Below are positions 1 through 11,962 of a stretch of DNA of 64,000 nt, piece by piece. The notes below the pieces were generated by a model. The model worked only from the letters and a program-made list of their open reading frames with translations. It was not told the DNA's origin and searched no databases. The DNA is from Auanema rhodensis. Lineage: Eukaryota > Animalia > Nematoda. Where the stretch lies: NCBI GenBank assembly GCA_964057225.1, contig CAXKVF010000080.1:370942-434941 (forward strand). Reading direction: 5' to 3'. Numbering within the stretch: the first letter of the stretch is position 1; every line of letters begins with the position of its first letter. The position numbers and the translations under genes were made by a program.

Positions 1-33
1 TTAGTCTAAAAACAAATTTTTATTGATATTGCT

Positions 34-48
34 TCATGGTAACCATGA
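34..48. other. 15-bp dyad TCATGGT-A-ACCATGA present in nearly every monomer (contains BstEII site GGTNACC)
   Basis: 7-bp perfect inverted arms around one central A; arms are 6 bp in GGTG-type monomers. First copy shown. Confidence 0.9.
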
Positions 49-91
49 CTTTGAAATTTACGTGAACTTTAATTTATGCTAATTAAATGTA

Positions 92-131
92 CACGTGATG
101 TGCACTTGGTATGTAACTCGCTTCACGTGAA
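92..131. other. Two CACGTG E-box/G-box hexamers per monomer (92-97; 124-129 within the perfect 10-bp palindrome TTCACGTGAA at 122-131) and a GTGCAC palindrome (100-105)
   Basis: Read directly from the sequence; first copy shown. Protein binding is not demonstrated. Confidence 0.85.
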
Positions 132-1052
132 AGATAAAGAGATGCGGTTTTCAAAATTAGATTCCCCCTGTCCATATTAGTCTAAAAACAAATTTTTATT
201 GATATTGCTTCATGGTAACCATTACTTTGAAATTTACGTGAACTTTAATTTATGCTAATTAAATGTACACGTGATGTGCACTTGGTATGTAACTCGCTTC
301 ACGTGAAAGATAAAGAGATGCGGTTTTCAAAATTAGATTCCCCATGTCCATATTAGTCTAAAAACAAATTTTTATTGATATTGCTTCATGGTAACCATGA
401 CTTTGAAATTTACGTGAACTTTAATTTATGCTAATTAAATGTACACGTGATGTGCACTTGGTATGTAACTCGCTTCACGTGAAAGATAAAGAGATGCGGT
501 TTTCAAAATTATATTCCCCATGTCCATATTAGTCTAAAAACAAATTTTTATTGATATTGGTGCATGGTAACCATGACTTTGAAATTTACGTGAAAATTTA
601 TGCTAATTAAATGTACACGTGATGTGCACTTGGTATGTAACTCGCTTCACGTGAAAGATGAAGAGATGCGGTTTTCAAAATTAGATTCCCCATGTCCATA
701 TTAGTCTAAAAACCAATTTTTATTGATATTGCTTCATGGTAACCATGACTTTGAAATTTACGTGAACTTTAATTTATGCTAATTAAATGTACACGTGATG
801 TGCACTTGGTATGTAACTCGCTTCACGTGAAAGATAAAGAGATGCGGTTTTCAAAATTAGATTCCCCATGTCCATATTAGTTTAAAAACAAATTTTTATT
901 GATATTGGTGCATGGTAACCATGACTTTGAAATTTACGTGAACTTTAATTTATGCTAATTAAATGTACACGTGATGTGCACTTGGTATGTAACTCGCTTC
1001 ACGTGAAAGATAAAGAGATGCGGTTTTCAAAATTAGATTCCCCATGTCCATA

Positions 1053-3167
1053 TTAGTCTAAAAACAAATTTTTATTGATATTGGTTCATGGTAACCATGA
1101 CTTTGAAATTTACGTGAACTTTAATTTATGCTAATTAAATGTACACGTGATGTGCACTTGGTATGTAACTCGCTTCACGTGAAAGAAGAAGAGATGCGGT
1201 TTTCAAAATTAGATTCCCCATGTCCATATTAGTCTAAAAACAAATTTTAATTGATATTGGTTCATGGTAACCATGACTTTGAAATTTACGTGAACTTTAA
1301 TTTATGCTAATTAAATGTACACGTGATGTGCACTTGGTATGTAACTCGCTTCACGTGAAAGATAAAGAGATGCGGTTTTCAAAATTAGATTCCCCGTGTC
1401 CATATTAGTCTAAAAACAAATTTTTATTGATATTGGTGCATGGTAACCATGACTTTGAAATTTACGTGAACTTTAATTTATGCTAATTAAATGTACACGT
1501 GATGTGCACTTGGTATGTAACTCGCTTCACGTGAAAGATAAAGAGATGCGGTTTTCAAAATTAGATTTTTCCATGTCCATATTAGTCTAAAAACAAATTT
1601 TTATTGATATTGGTTCATGGTAACCATGACTTTGAAATTTACGTGAACTTTAATTTATGCTAATTAAATGTACACGTGATGTGCACTTGGTATGTAACTC
1701 GCTTCACGTGAAAGATAAAGAGATGCGGTTTTCAAAATTAGATTCCCCATGTCCATATTAGTCTAAAAACAAATTTTTATTGATATTGGTTCATGGTAAC
1801 CATGACTTTGAAATTTACGTGAACTTTAATTTATGCTAATTAAATGTACACGTGATGTGCACTTGGTATGTAACTCGCTTCACGTGAAAGAAGAAGAGAT
1901 GCGGTTTTCAAAATTAGATTCCCCATGTCCATATTAGTCTAAAAACAAATTTTTATTGATATTGGTTCATGGTAACCATGACTTTGAAATTTACGTGAAC
2001 TTTAATTTATGCTAATTAAATGTACACGTGATGTGCACTTGGTATGTAACTCGCTTCACGTGAAAGATAAAGAGATGCGGTTTTCAAAATTAGATTCCCC
2101 ATGTCCATATTAGTCTAAAAACAAATTTTTATTGATATTGGTGCATGGTAACCATGACTTTGAAATTTACGTGAACTTTAATTTATGCTAATTAAATGTA
2201 CACGTGATGTGCACTTGGTATGTAACTCGCTTCACGTGAAAGATAAAGAGATGCGGTTTTCAAAATTAGATTTTTCCATGTCCATATTAGTCTAAAAACA
2301 AATTTTTATTGATATTGGTTCATGGTAACCATGACTTTGAAATTTACGTGAACTTTAATTTATGCTAATTAAATGTACACGTGATGTGCACTTGGTATGT
2401 AACTCGCTTCACGTGAAAGATAAAGAGATGCGGTTTTCAAAATTAGATTCCCCATGTCCATATTAGTCTAAAAACAAATTTTTATTGATATTGCTTCATG
2501 GTAACCATGACTTTGAAATTTACGTGAACTTTAATTTATGCTAATTAAATGTACACGTGATGTGCACTTGGTATGTAACTCGCTTCACGTGAAAGAAGAA
2601 GAGATGCGGTTTTCAAAATTAGATTCCCCATGTCCATATTAGTCTAAAAACAAATTTTTATTGATATTGGTTCATGGTAACCATGACTTTGAAATTTACG
2701 TGAACTTTAATTTATGCTAATTAAATGTACACGTGATGTGCACTTGGTATGTAACTCGCTTCACGTGAAAGATAAAGAGATGCGGTTTTCAAAATTAGAT
2801 TCCCCATGTCCATATTAGTCTAAAAACAAATTTTTATTGATATTGGTGCATGGTAACCATGACTTTGAAATTTACGTGAACTTTAATTTATGCTAATTAA
2901 ATGTACACGTGATGTGCACTTGGTATGTAACTCGCTTCACGTGAAAGATAAAGAGATGCGGTTTTCAAAATTAGATTTTTCCATGTCCATATTAGTCTAA
3001 AAACAAATTTTTATTGATATTGGTTCATGGTAACCATGACTTTGAAATTTACGTGAACTTTAATTTATGCTAATTAAATGTACACGTGATGTGCACTTGG
3101 TATGTAACTCGCTTCACGTGAAAGATAAAGAGATGCGGTTTTCAAAATTAGATTCCCCATGTCCATA
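1053..3167 (+). repeat. 4-monomer HOR (705 bp) x3
   Basis: GAAAGAAGAAG variant at 1181, 1886, 2591 and 177-bp TTAGATTTTTCC variant at 1561, 2266, 2971; both have 705-bp spacing (4x176+1). Confidence 0.9.
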
Positions 3168-6100
3168 TTAGTCTAAAAACAAATTTTTATTGATATTGCT
3201 TCATGGTAACCATGACTTTGAAATTTACGTGAACTTTAATTTATGCTAATTAAATGTACACGTGATGTGCACTTGGTATGTAACTCGCTTCACGTGAAAG
3301 ATAAAGAGATGCGGTTTTCAAAATTAGATTCCCCCTGTCCATATTAGTCTAAAAACAAATTTTTATTGATATTGCTTCATGGTAACCATTACTTTGAAAT
3401 TTACGTGAACTTTAATTTATGCTAATTAAATGTACACGTGATGTGCACTTGGTATGTAACTCGCTTCACGTGAAAGATAAAGAGATGCGGTTTTCAAAAT
3501 TAGATTCCCCATGTCCATATTAGTCTAAAAACAAATTTTTATTGATATTGCTTCATGGTAACCATGACTTTGAAATTTACGTGAACTTTAATTTATGCTA
3601 ATTAAATGTACACGTGATGTGCACTTGGTATGTAACTCGCTTCACGTGAAAGATAAAGAGATGCGGTTTTCAAAATTATATTCCCCATGTCCATATTAGT
3701 CTAAAAACAAATTTTTATTGATATTGGTGCATGGTAACCATGACTTTGAAATTTACGTGAAAATTTATGCTAATTAAATGTACACGTGATGTGCACTTGG
3801 TATGTAACTCGCTTCACGTGAAAGATGAAGAGATGCGGTTTTCAAAATTAGATTCCCCATGTCCATATTAGTCTAAAAACCAATTTTTATTGATATTGCT
3901 TCATGGTAACCATGACTTTGAAATTTACGTGAACTTTAATTTATGCTAATTAAATGTACACGTGATGTGCACTTGGTATGTAACTCGCTTCACGTGAAAG
4001 ATAAAGAGATGCGGTTTTCAAAATTAGATTCCCCATGTCCATATTAGTCTAAAAACAAATTTTTATTGATATTGCTTCATGGTAACCATGACTTTGAAAT
4101 TTACGTGAACTTTAATTTATGCTAATTAAATGTACACGTGATGTGCACTTGGTATGTAACTCGCTTCACGTGAAAGATAAAGAGATGCGGTTTTCAAAAT
4201 TAGATTCCCCATGTCCATATTAGTCTAAAAACAAATTTTTATTGATATTGGTTCATGGTAACCATGACTTTGAAATTTACGTGAACTTTAATTTATGCTA
4301 ATTAAATGTACACGTGATGTGCACTTGGTATGTAACTCGCTTCACGTGAAAGAAGAAGAGATGCGGTTTTCAAAATTAGATTCCCCATGTCCATAATAGT
4401 CTAAAAACAAATTTTTATTGATATTGGTTCATGGTAACCATGACTTTGAAATTTACGTGAACTTTAATTTATGCTAATTAAATGTACACGTGATGTGCAC
4501 TTGGTATGTAACTCGCTTCACGTGAAAGATAAAGAGATGCGGTTTTCAAAATTAGATTTTTCCATGTCCATATTAGTCTAAAAACAAATTTTTATTGATA
4601 TTGGTTCATGGTAACCATGACTTTGAAATTTACGTGAACTTTAATTTATGCTAATTAAATGTACACGTGATGTGCACTTGGTATGTAACTCGCTTCACGT
4701 GAAAGATAAAGAGATGCGGTTTTCAAAATTAGATTCCCCATGTCCATATTAGTCTAAAAACAAATTTTTATTGATATTGCTTCATGGTAACCATGACTTT
4801 GAAATTTACGTGAACTTTAATTTATGCTAATTAAATGTACACGTGATGTGCACTTGGTATGTAACTCGCTTCACGTGAAAGATAAAGAGATGCGGTTTTC
4901 AAAATTAGATTCCCCATGTCCATATTAGTCTAAAAACAAATTTTTATTGATATTGGTGCATGGTAACCATGACTTTGAAATTTACGTGAACTTTAATTTA
5001 TGCTAATTAAATGTACACGTGATGTGCACTTGGTATGTAACTCGCTTCACGTGAAAGATAAAGAGATGCGGTTTTCAAAATTAGATTTTTCCATGTCCAT
5101 ATTAGTCTAAAAACAAATTTTTATTGATATTGGTTCATGGTAACCATGACTTTGAAATTTACGTGAACTTTAATTTATGCTAATTAAATGTACACGTGAT
5201 GTGCACTTGGTATGTAACTCGCTTCACGTGAAAGATAAAGAGATGCGGTTTTCAAAATTAGATTCCCCATGTCCATATTAGTCTAAAAACAAATTTTTAT
5301 TGATATTGCTTCATGGTAACCATGACTTTGAAATTTACGTGAACTTTAATTTATGCTAATTAAATGTACACGTGATGTGCACTTGGTATGTAACTCGCTT
5401 CACGTGAAAGATAAAGAGATGCGGTTTTCAAAATTAGATTCCCCATGTCCATATTAGTCTAAAAACCAATTTTTATTGATATTGCTTCATGGTAACCATG
5501 ACTTTGAAATTTACGTGAACTTTAATTTATGCTAATTAAATGTACACGTGATGTGCACTTGGTATGTAACTCGCTTCACGTGAAAGATAAAGAGATGCGG
5601 TTTTCAAAATTAGATTCCCCATGTCCATATTAGTCTAAAAACAAATTTTTATTGATATTGCTTCATGGTAACCATGACTTTGAAATTTACGTGAACTTTA
5701 ATTTATGCTAATTAAATGTACACGTGATGTGCACTTGGTATGTAACTCGCTTCACGTGAAAGATAAAGAGATGAGGTTTTAAAAATTAGATTCCCCATGT
5801 CCATATTAGTCTAAAAACAAATTTTTATTGATATTGGTTCATGGTAACCATGACTTTGAAATTTACGTGAACTTTAATTTATGCTAATTAAATGTACACG
5901 TGATGTGCACTTGGTATGTAACTCGCTTCACGTGAAAGAAGAAGAGATGCGGTTTTCAAAATTAGATTCCCCATGTCCATATTAGTCTAAAAACAAATTT
6001 TTATTGATATTGGTTCATGGTAACCATGACTTTGAAATTTACGTGAACTTTAATTTATGCTAATTAAATGTACACGTGATGTGCACTTGGTATGTAACTC

Positions 6101-9100
6101 GCTTCACGTGAAAGATAAAGAGATGCGGTTTTCAAAATTAGATTCCCCATGTCCATATTAGTCTAAAAACAAATTTTTATTGATATTGGTGCATGGTAAC
6201 CATGACTTTGAAATTTACGTGAACTTTAATTTATGCTAATTAAATGTACACGTGATGTGCACTTGGTATGTAACTCGCTTCACGTGAAAGATAAAGAGAT
6301 GCGGTTTTCAAAATTAGATTTTTCCATGTCCATATTAGTCTAAAAACAAATTTTTATTGATATTGGTTCATGGTAACCATGACTTTGAAATTTACGTGAA
6401 CTTTAATTTATGCTAATTAAATGTACACGTGATGTGCACTTGGTATGTAACTCGCTTCACGTGAAAGATAAAGAGATGCGGTTTTCAAAATTAGATTCCC
6501 CATGTCCATATTAGTCTAAAAACAAATTTTTATTGATATTGCTTCATGGTAACCATGACTTTGAAATTTACGTGAACTTTAATTTATGCTAATTAAATGT
6601 ACACGTGATGTGCACTTGGTATGTAACTCGCTTCACGTGAAAGATAAAGAGATGCGGTTTTCAAAATTAGATTCCCCCTGTCCATATTAGTCTAAAAACA
6701 AATTTTTATTGATATTGCTTCATGGTAACCATGACTTTGAAATTTACGTGAACTTTAATTTATGCTAATTAAATGTACACGTGATGTGCACTTGGTATGT
6801 AACTCGCTTCACGTGAAAGATAAAGAGATGCGGTTTTCAAAATTAGATTCCCCATGTCCATATTAGTCTAAAAACAAATTTTTATTGATATTGCTTCATG
6901 GTAACCATGACTTTGAAATTTACGTGAACTTTAATTTATGCTAATTAAATGTACACGTGATGTGCACTTGGTATGTAACTCGCTTCACGTGAAAGATAAA
7001 GAGATGCGGTTTTCAAAATTAGATTCCCCATGTCCATATTAGTCTAAAAACAAATTTTTATTGATATTGGTGCATGGTAACCATGACTTTGAAATTTACG
7101 TGAAAGTTTATGCTAATTAAATGTACACGTGATGTGCACTTGGTATGTAACTCGCTTCACGTGAAAGATGAAGAGATGCGGTTTTCAAAATTAGATTCCC
7201 CATGTCCATATTAGTCTAAAAACCAATTTTTATTGATATTGCTTCATGGTAACCATGACTTTGAAATTTACGTGAACTTTAATTTATGCTAATTAAATGT
7301 ACACGTGATGTGCACTTGGTATGTAACTCGCTTCACGTGAAAGATAAAGAGATGCGGTTTTCAAAATTAGATTCCCCATGTCCATATTAGTCTAAAAACA
7401 AATTTTTATTGATATTGCTTCATGGTAACCATGACTTTGAAATTTACGTGAACTTTAATTTATGCTAATTAAATGTACACGTGATGTGCACTTGGTATGT
7501 AACTCGCTTCACGTGAAAGATAAAGAGATGCGGTTTTCAAAATTAGATTCCCCATGTCCATATTAGTCTAAAAACAAATTTTTATTGATATTGGTGCATG
7601 GTAACCATGACTTTGAAATTTACGTGAACTTTAATTTATGCTAATTAAATGTACACGTGATGTGCACTTGGTATGTAACTCGCTTCACGTGAAAGATAAA
7701 GAGATGCGGTTTTCAAAATTAGATTCCCCATGTCCATATTAGTCTCAAAACAAATTTTTATTGATATTGGTTCATGGTAACCATGACTTTGAAATTTACG
7801 TGAACTTTAATTTATGCTAATTAAATGTACACGTGATGTGCACTTGGTATGTAACTCGCTTCACATGAAAGATAAAGAGATGCGGTTTTCAAAATTAGAT
7901 TCCCCATGTCCATATTAGTCTAAAAACAAATTTTTATTGATATTGGTGCATGGTAACCATGACTTTGAAATTTACGTGAACTTTAATTTATGCTAATTAA
8001 ATGTACACGTGATGTGCACTTGGTATGTAACTCGCTTCACGTGAAAGATAAAGAGATGCGGTTTTCAAAATTAGATTCCCCATGTCCATATTAGTCTAAA
8101 AACAAATTTTTATTGATATTGGTGCATGGTAACCATGACTTTGAAATTTACGTGAACTTTAATTTATGCTAATTAAATGTACACGTGATGTGCACTTGGT
8201 ATGTAACTCGCTTCACGTGAAAGATAAAGAGATGCGGTTTTCAAAATTAGATTCCCCATGTCCATATTAGTCTAAAAACAAATTTTTATTGATATTGCTT
8301 CATGGTAACCATGACTTTGAAATTTACGTGAACTTTAATTTATGCTAATTAAATGTACACGTGATGTGCACTTGGTATGTAACTCGCTTCACGTGAAAGA
8401 AGAAGAGATGCGGTTTTCAAAATTAGATTCCCCATGTCCATATTAGTCTAAAAACAAATTTTTATTGATATTGGTTCATGGTAACCATGACTTTGAAATT
8501 TACGTGAACTTTAATTTATGCTAATTAAATGTACACGTGATGTGCACTTGGTATGTAACTCGCTTCACGTGAAAGATAAAGAGATGCGGTTTTCAAAATT
8601 AGATTCCCCATGTCCATATTAGTTTAAAAACAAATTTTTATTGATATTGGTGCATGGTAACCATGACTTTGAAATTTACGTGAACTTTATTTTATGCTAA
8701 TTAAATGTACACGTGATGTGCACTTGGTATGTAACTCGCTTCACGTGAAAGATAAAGAGATGCGGTTTTCAAAATTAGATTCCCCATGTCCATATTAGTC
8801 TAAAAACAAATTTTTATTGATATTGGTTCATGGTAACCATGACTTTGAAATTTACGTGAACTTTAATTTATGCTAATTAAATGTACACGTGATGTGCACT
8901 TGGTATGTAACTCGCTTCACGTGAAAGATAAAGAGATGCGGTTTTCAAAATTAGATTCCCCATGTCCATATTAGTCTAAAAACAAATTTTTATTGATATT
9001 GGTGCATGGTAACCATGACTTTGAAATTTACGTGAACTTTAATTTATGCTAATTAAATGTACACGTGATGTGCACTTGGTATGTAACTCGCTTCACGTGA

Positions 9101-9146
9101 AAGATAAAGAGATGCGGTTTTCAAAATTAGATTCCCCATGTCCATA

Positions 9147-11962
9147 TTAGTCTAAAAACAAATTTTTATTGATATTGGTTCATGGTAACCATGACTTTGA
9201 AATTTACGTGAACTTTAATTTATGCTAATTAAATGTACACGTGATGTGCACTTGGTATGTAACTCGCTTCACGTGAAAGATAAAGAGATGCGGTTTTCAA
9301 AATTAGATTCCCCATGTCCATATTAGTCTAAAAACAAATTTTTATTGATATTGGTGCATGGTAACCATGACTTTGAAATTTACGTGAACTTTAATTCATG
9401 CTAATTAAATGTACACGTGATGTGCACTTGGTATGTAACTCGCTTCACGTGAAAGATAAAGAGATGCGGTTTTCAAAATTAGATTCCCCATGTCCATATT
9501 AGTCTAAAAACAAATTTTTATTGATATTGCTTCATGGTAACCATGACTTTGAAATTTACGTGAACTTTAATTCATGCTAATTAAATGTACACGTGATGTG
9601 CACTTGGTATGTAACTCGCTTCACGTGAAAGATAAAGAGATGCGGTTTTCAAAATTAGATTCCCCATGTCCATATTAGTCTAAAAACAAATTTTTATTGA
9701 TATTGCTTCATGGTAACCATGACTTTGAAATTTACGTGAACTTTAATTTATGCTAATTAAATGTACACGTGATGTGCACTTGGTATGTAACTCGCTTCAC
9801 GTGAAAGATAAAGAAATGCGGTTTTCAAAATTAGATTCCCCATGTCCATATTAGTCTAAAAACTAATTTTTATTGATATTGGTTCATGGTAACCATGACT
9901 TTGAAATTTACGTGAACTTTAATTTATGCTAATTAAATGTACACGTGATGTGCACTTGGTATGTAACTCGCTTCACGTGAAAGATAAAGAGATGCGGTTT
10001 TCAAAATTAGATTCCCCATGTCCATATTAGTTTAAAAACAAATTTTTATTGATATTGGTGCATGGTAACCATGACTTTGAAATTTACGTGAACTTTAATT
10101 TATGCTAATTAAATGTACACGTGATGTGCACTTGGTATGTAACTCGCTTCACGTGAAAGATAAAGAGATGCGGTTTTCAAAATTAGATTCCCCATGTCCA
10201 TATTAGTCTAAAAACAAATTTTTATTGATATTGGTTCATGGTAACCATGACTTTGAAATTTACGTGAACTTTAATTCATGCTAATTAAATGTACACGTGA
10301 TGTGCACTTGGTATGTAACTCGCTTCACGTGAAAGATAAAGAGATGCGGTTTTCAAAATTAGATTCCCCATGTCCATATTAGTCTAAAAACAAATTTTTA
10401 TTGATATTGGTTCATGGTAACCATGACTTTGAAATTTACGTGAACTTTAATTTATGCTAATTAAATGTACACGTGATGTGCACTTGGTATGTAACTCGCT
10501 TCACGTGAAAGATAAAGAGATGCGGTTTTCAAAATTAGATTCCCCATGTCCATATTAGTCTAAAAACAAATTTTTATTGATATTGGTTCATGGTAACCAT
10601 GACTTTGAAATTTACGTGAACTTTAATTTATGCTAATTAAATGTACACGTGATGTGCACTTGGTATGTAACTCGCTTCACGTGAAAGATAAAGAGATGCG
10701 GTTTTCAAAATTAGATTCCCCATGTCCATATTAGTCTAAAAACAAATTTTTATTGATATTGGTGCATGGTAACCATGACTTTGAAATTTACGTGAACTTT
10801 AATTCATGCTAATTAAATGTACACGTGATGTGCACTTGGTATGTAACTCGCTTCACGTGAAAGATAAAGAGATGCGGTTTTCAAAATTAGATTCCCCATG
10901 TCCATATTAGTCTAAAAACAAATTTTTATTGATATTGCTTCATGGTAACCATGACTTTGAAATTTACGTGAACTTTAATTCATGCTAATTAAATGTACAC
11001 GTGATGTGCACTTGGTATGTAACTCGCTTCACGTGAAAGATAAAGAGATGCGGTTTTCAAAATTAGATTCCCCATGTCCATATTAGTCTAAAAACAAATT
11101 TTTATTGATATTGCTTCATGGTAACCATGACTTTGAAATTTACGTGAACTTTAATTTATGCTAATTAAATGTACACGTGATGTGCACTTGGTATGTAACT
11201 CGCTTCACGTGAAAGATAAAGAAATGCGGTTTTCAAAATTAGATTCCCCATGTCCATATTAGTCTAAAAACTAATTTTTATTGATATTGGTTCATGGTAA
11301 CCATGACTTTGAAATTTACGTGAACTTTAATTTATGCTAATTAAATGTACACGTGATGTGCACTTGGTATGTAACTCGCTTCACGTGAAAGATAAAGAGA
11401 TGCGGTTTTCAAAATTAGATTCCCCATGTCCATATTAGTTTAAAAACAAATTTTTATTGATATTGGTGCATGGTAACCATGACTTTGAAATTTACGTGAA
11501 CTTTAATTTATGCTAATTAAATGTACACGTGATGTGCACTTGGTATGTAACTCGCTTCACGTGAAAGATAAAGAGATGCGGTTTTCAAAATTAGATTCCC
11601 CATGTCCATATTAGTCTAAAAACAAATTTTTATTGATATTGGTTCATGGTAACCATGACTTTGAAATTTACGTGAACTTTAATTCATGCTAATTAAATGT
11701 ACACGTGATGTGCACTTGGTATGTAACTCGCTTCACGTGAAAGATAAAGAGATGCGGTTTTCAAAATTAGATTCCCCATGTCCATATTAGTCTAAAAACA
11801 AATTTTTATTGATATTGGTTCATGGTAACCATGACTTTGAAATTTACGTGAACTTTAATTTATGCTAATTAAATGTACACGTGATGTGCACTTGGTATGT
11901 AACTCGCTTCACGTGAAAGATAAAGAGATGCGGTTTTCAAAATTAGATTCCCCATGTCCATA
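9147..11962 (+). repeat. 8-monomer HOR (1408 bp) x2
   Basis: T75C at 9397/9573/10277 recurs at 10805/10981/11685. G141A, AACTAA and AGTTTAAA variants also recur at +1408. Confidence 0.9.

Larger units (their letters stand above)
1..176 (+). repeat. Representative 176-bp monomer (arbitrary phase; this copy carries A168C)
   Basis: Bases 1-176 repeat from 177 onward. Hand count 56 G+C of 176 in the consensus. 5 CpGs at monomer positions 61, 94, 119, 126, 145. Confidence 0.98.
1..7386 (+). repeat. 18/19-monomer higher-order block marked by a 172-bp deletion monomer
   Basis: A 4-bp deletion (GTGAACTTTAATTT to GTGAAAATTT) occurs at ~592, ~3759 and ~7102, spaced 3167 and 3343 bp. Each is followed by A136G and then an AACCAATTTT monomer. 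A168C, G47T and ATTATATTCC of the first monomers recur at +3167. Confidence 0.85.

Noticed and set aside
30-44. RFX X-box-like site (CATGGTAAC)
   Set aside because: Only the right half-site matches; the left GTTNCC half is absent, so it is too weak to call.
116-132. CENP-B box-like motif (ACTCGCTTCACGTGAAA)
   Set aside because: It has TCG-N4-A spacing but lacks the essential CGGG of NTTCGNNNNANNCGGGN, even in C117T copies.
1-176. Tandem RNA gene unit (5S rRNA, tRNA, snRNA, spliced leader) or telomeric repeat
   Set aside because: No recognisable conserved RNA sequence, Pol III A/B/C boxes, cloverleaf or short G-rich telomeric unit; composition is too AT-rich.
1-176. Assignment to Brassica CentBr (176 bp), Arabidopsis CEN178 or primate alpha satellite
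   Set aside because: Similar length only. I recognise no sequence similarity, and there is no HindIII AAGCTT site as in the Brassicaceae repeats. A database search is needed for any assignment.
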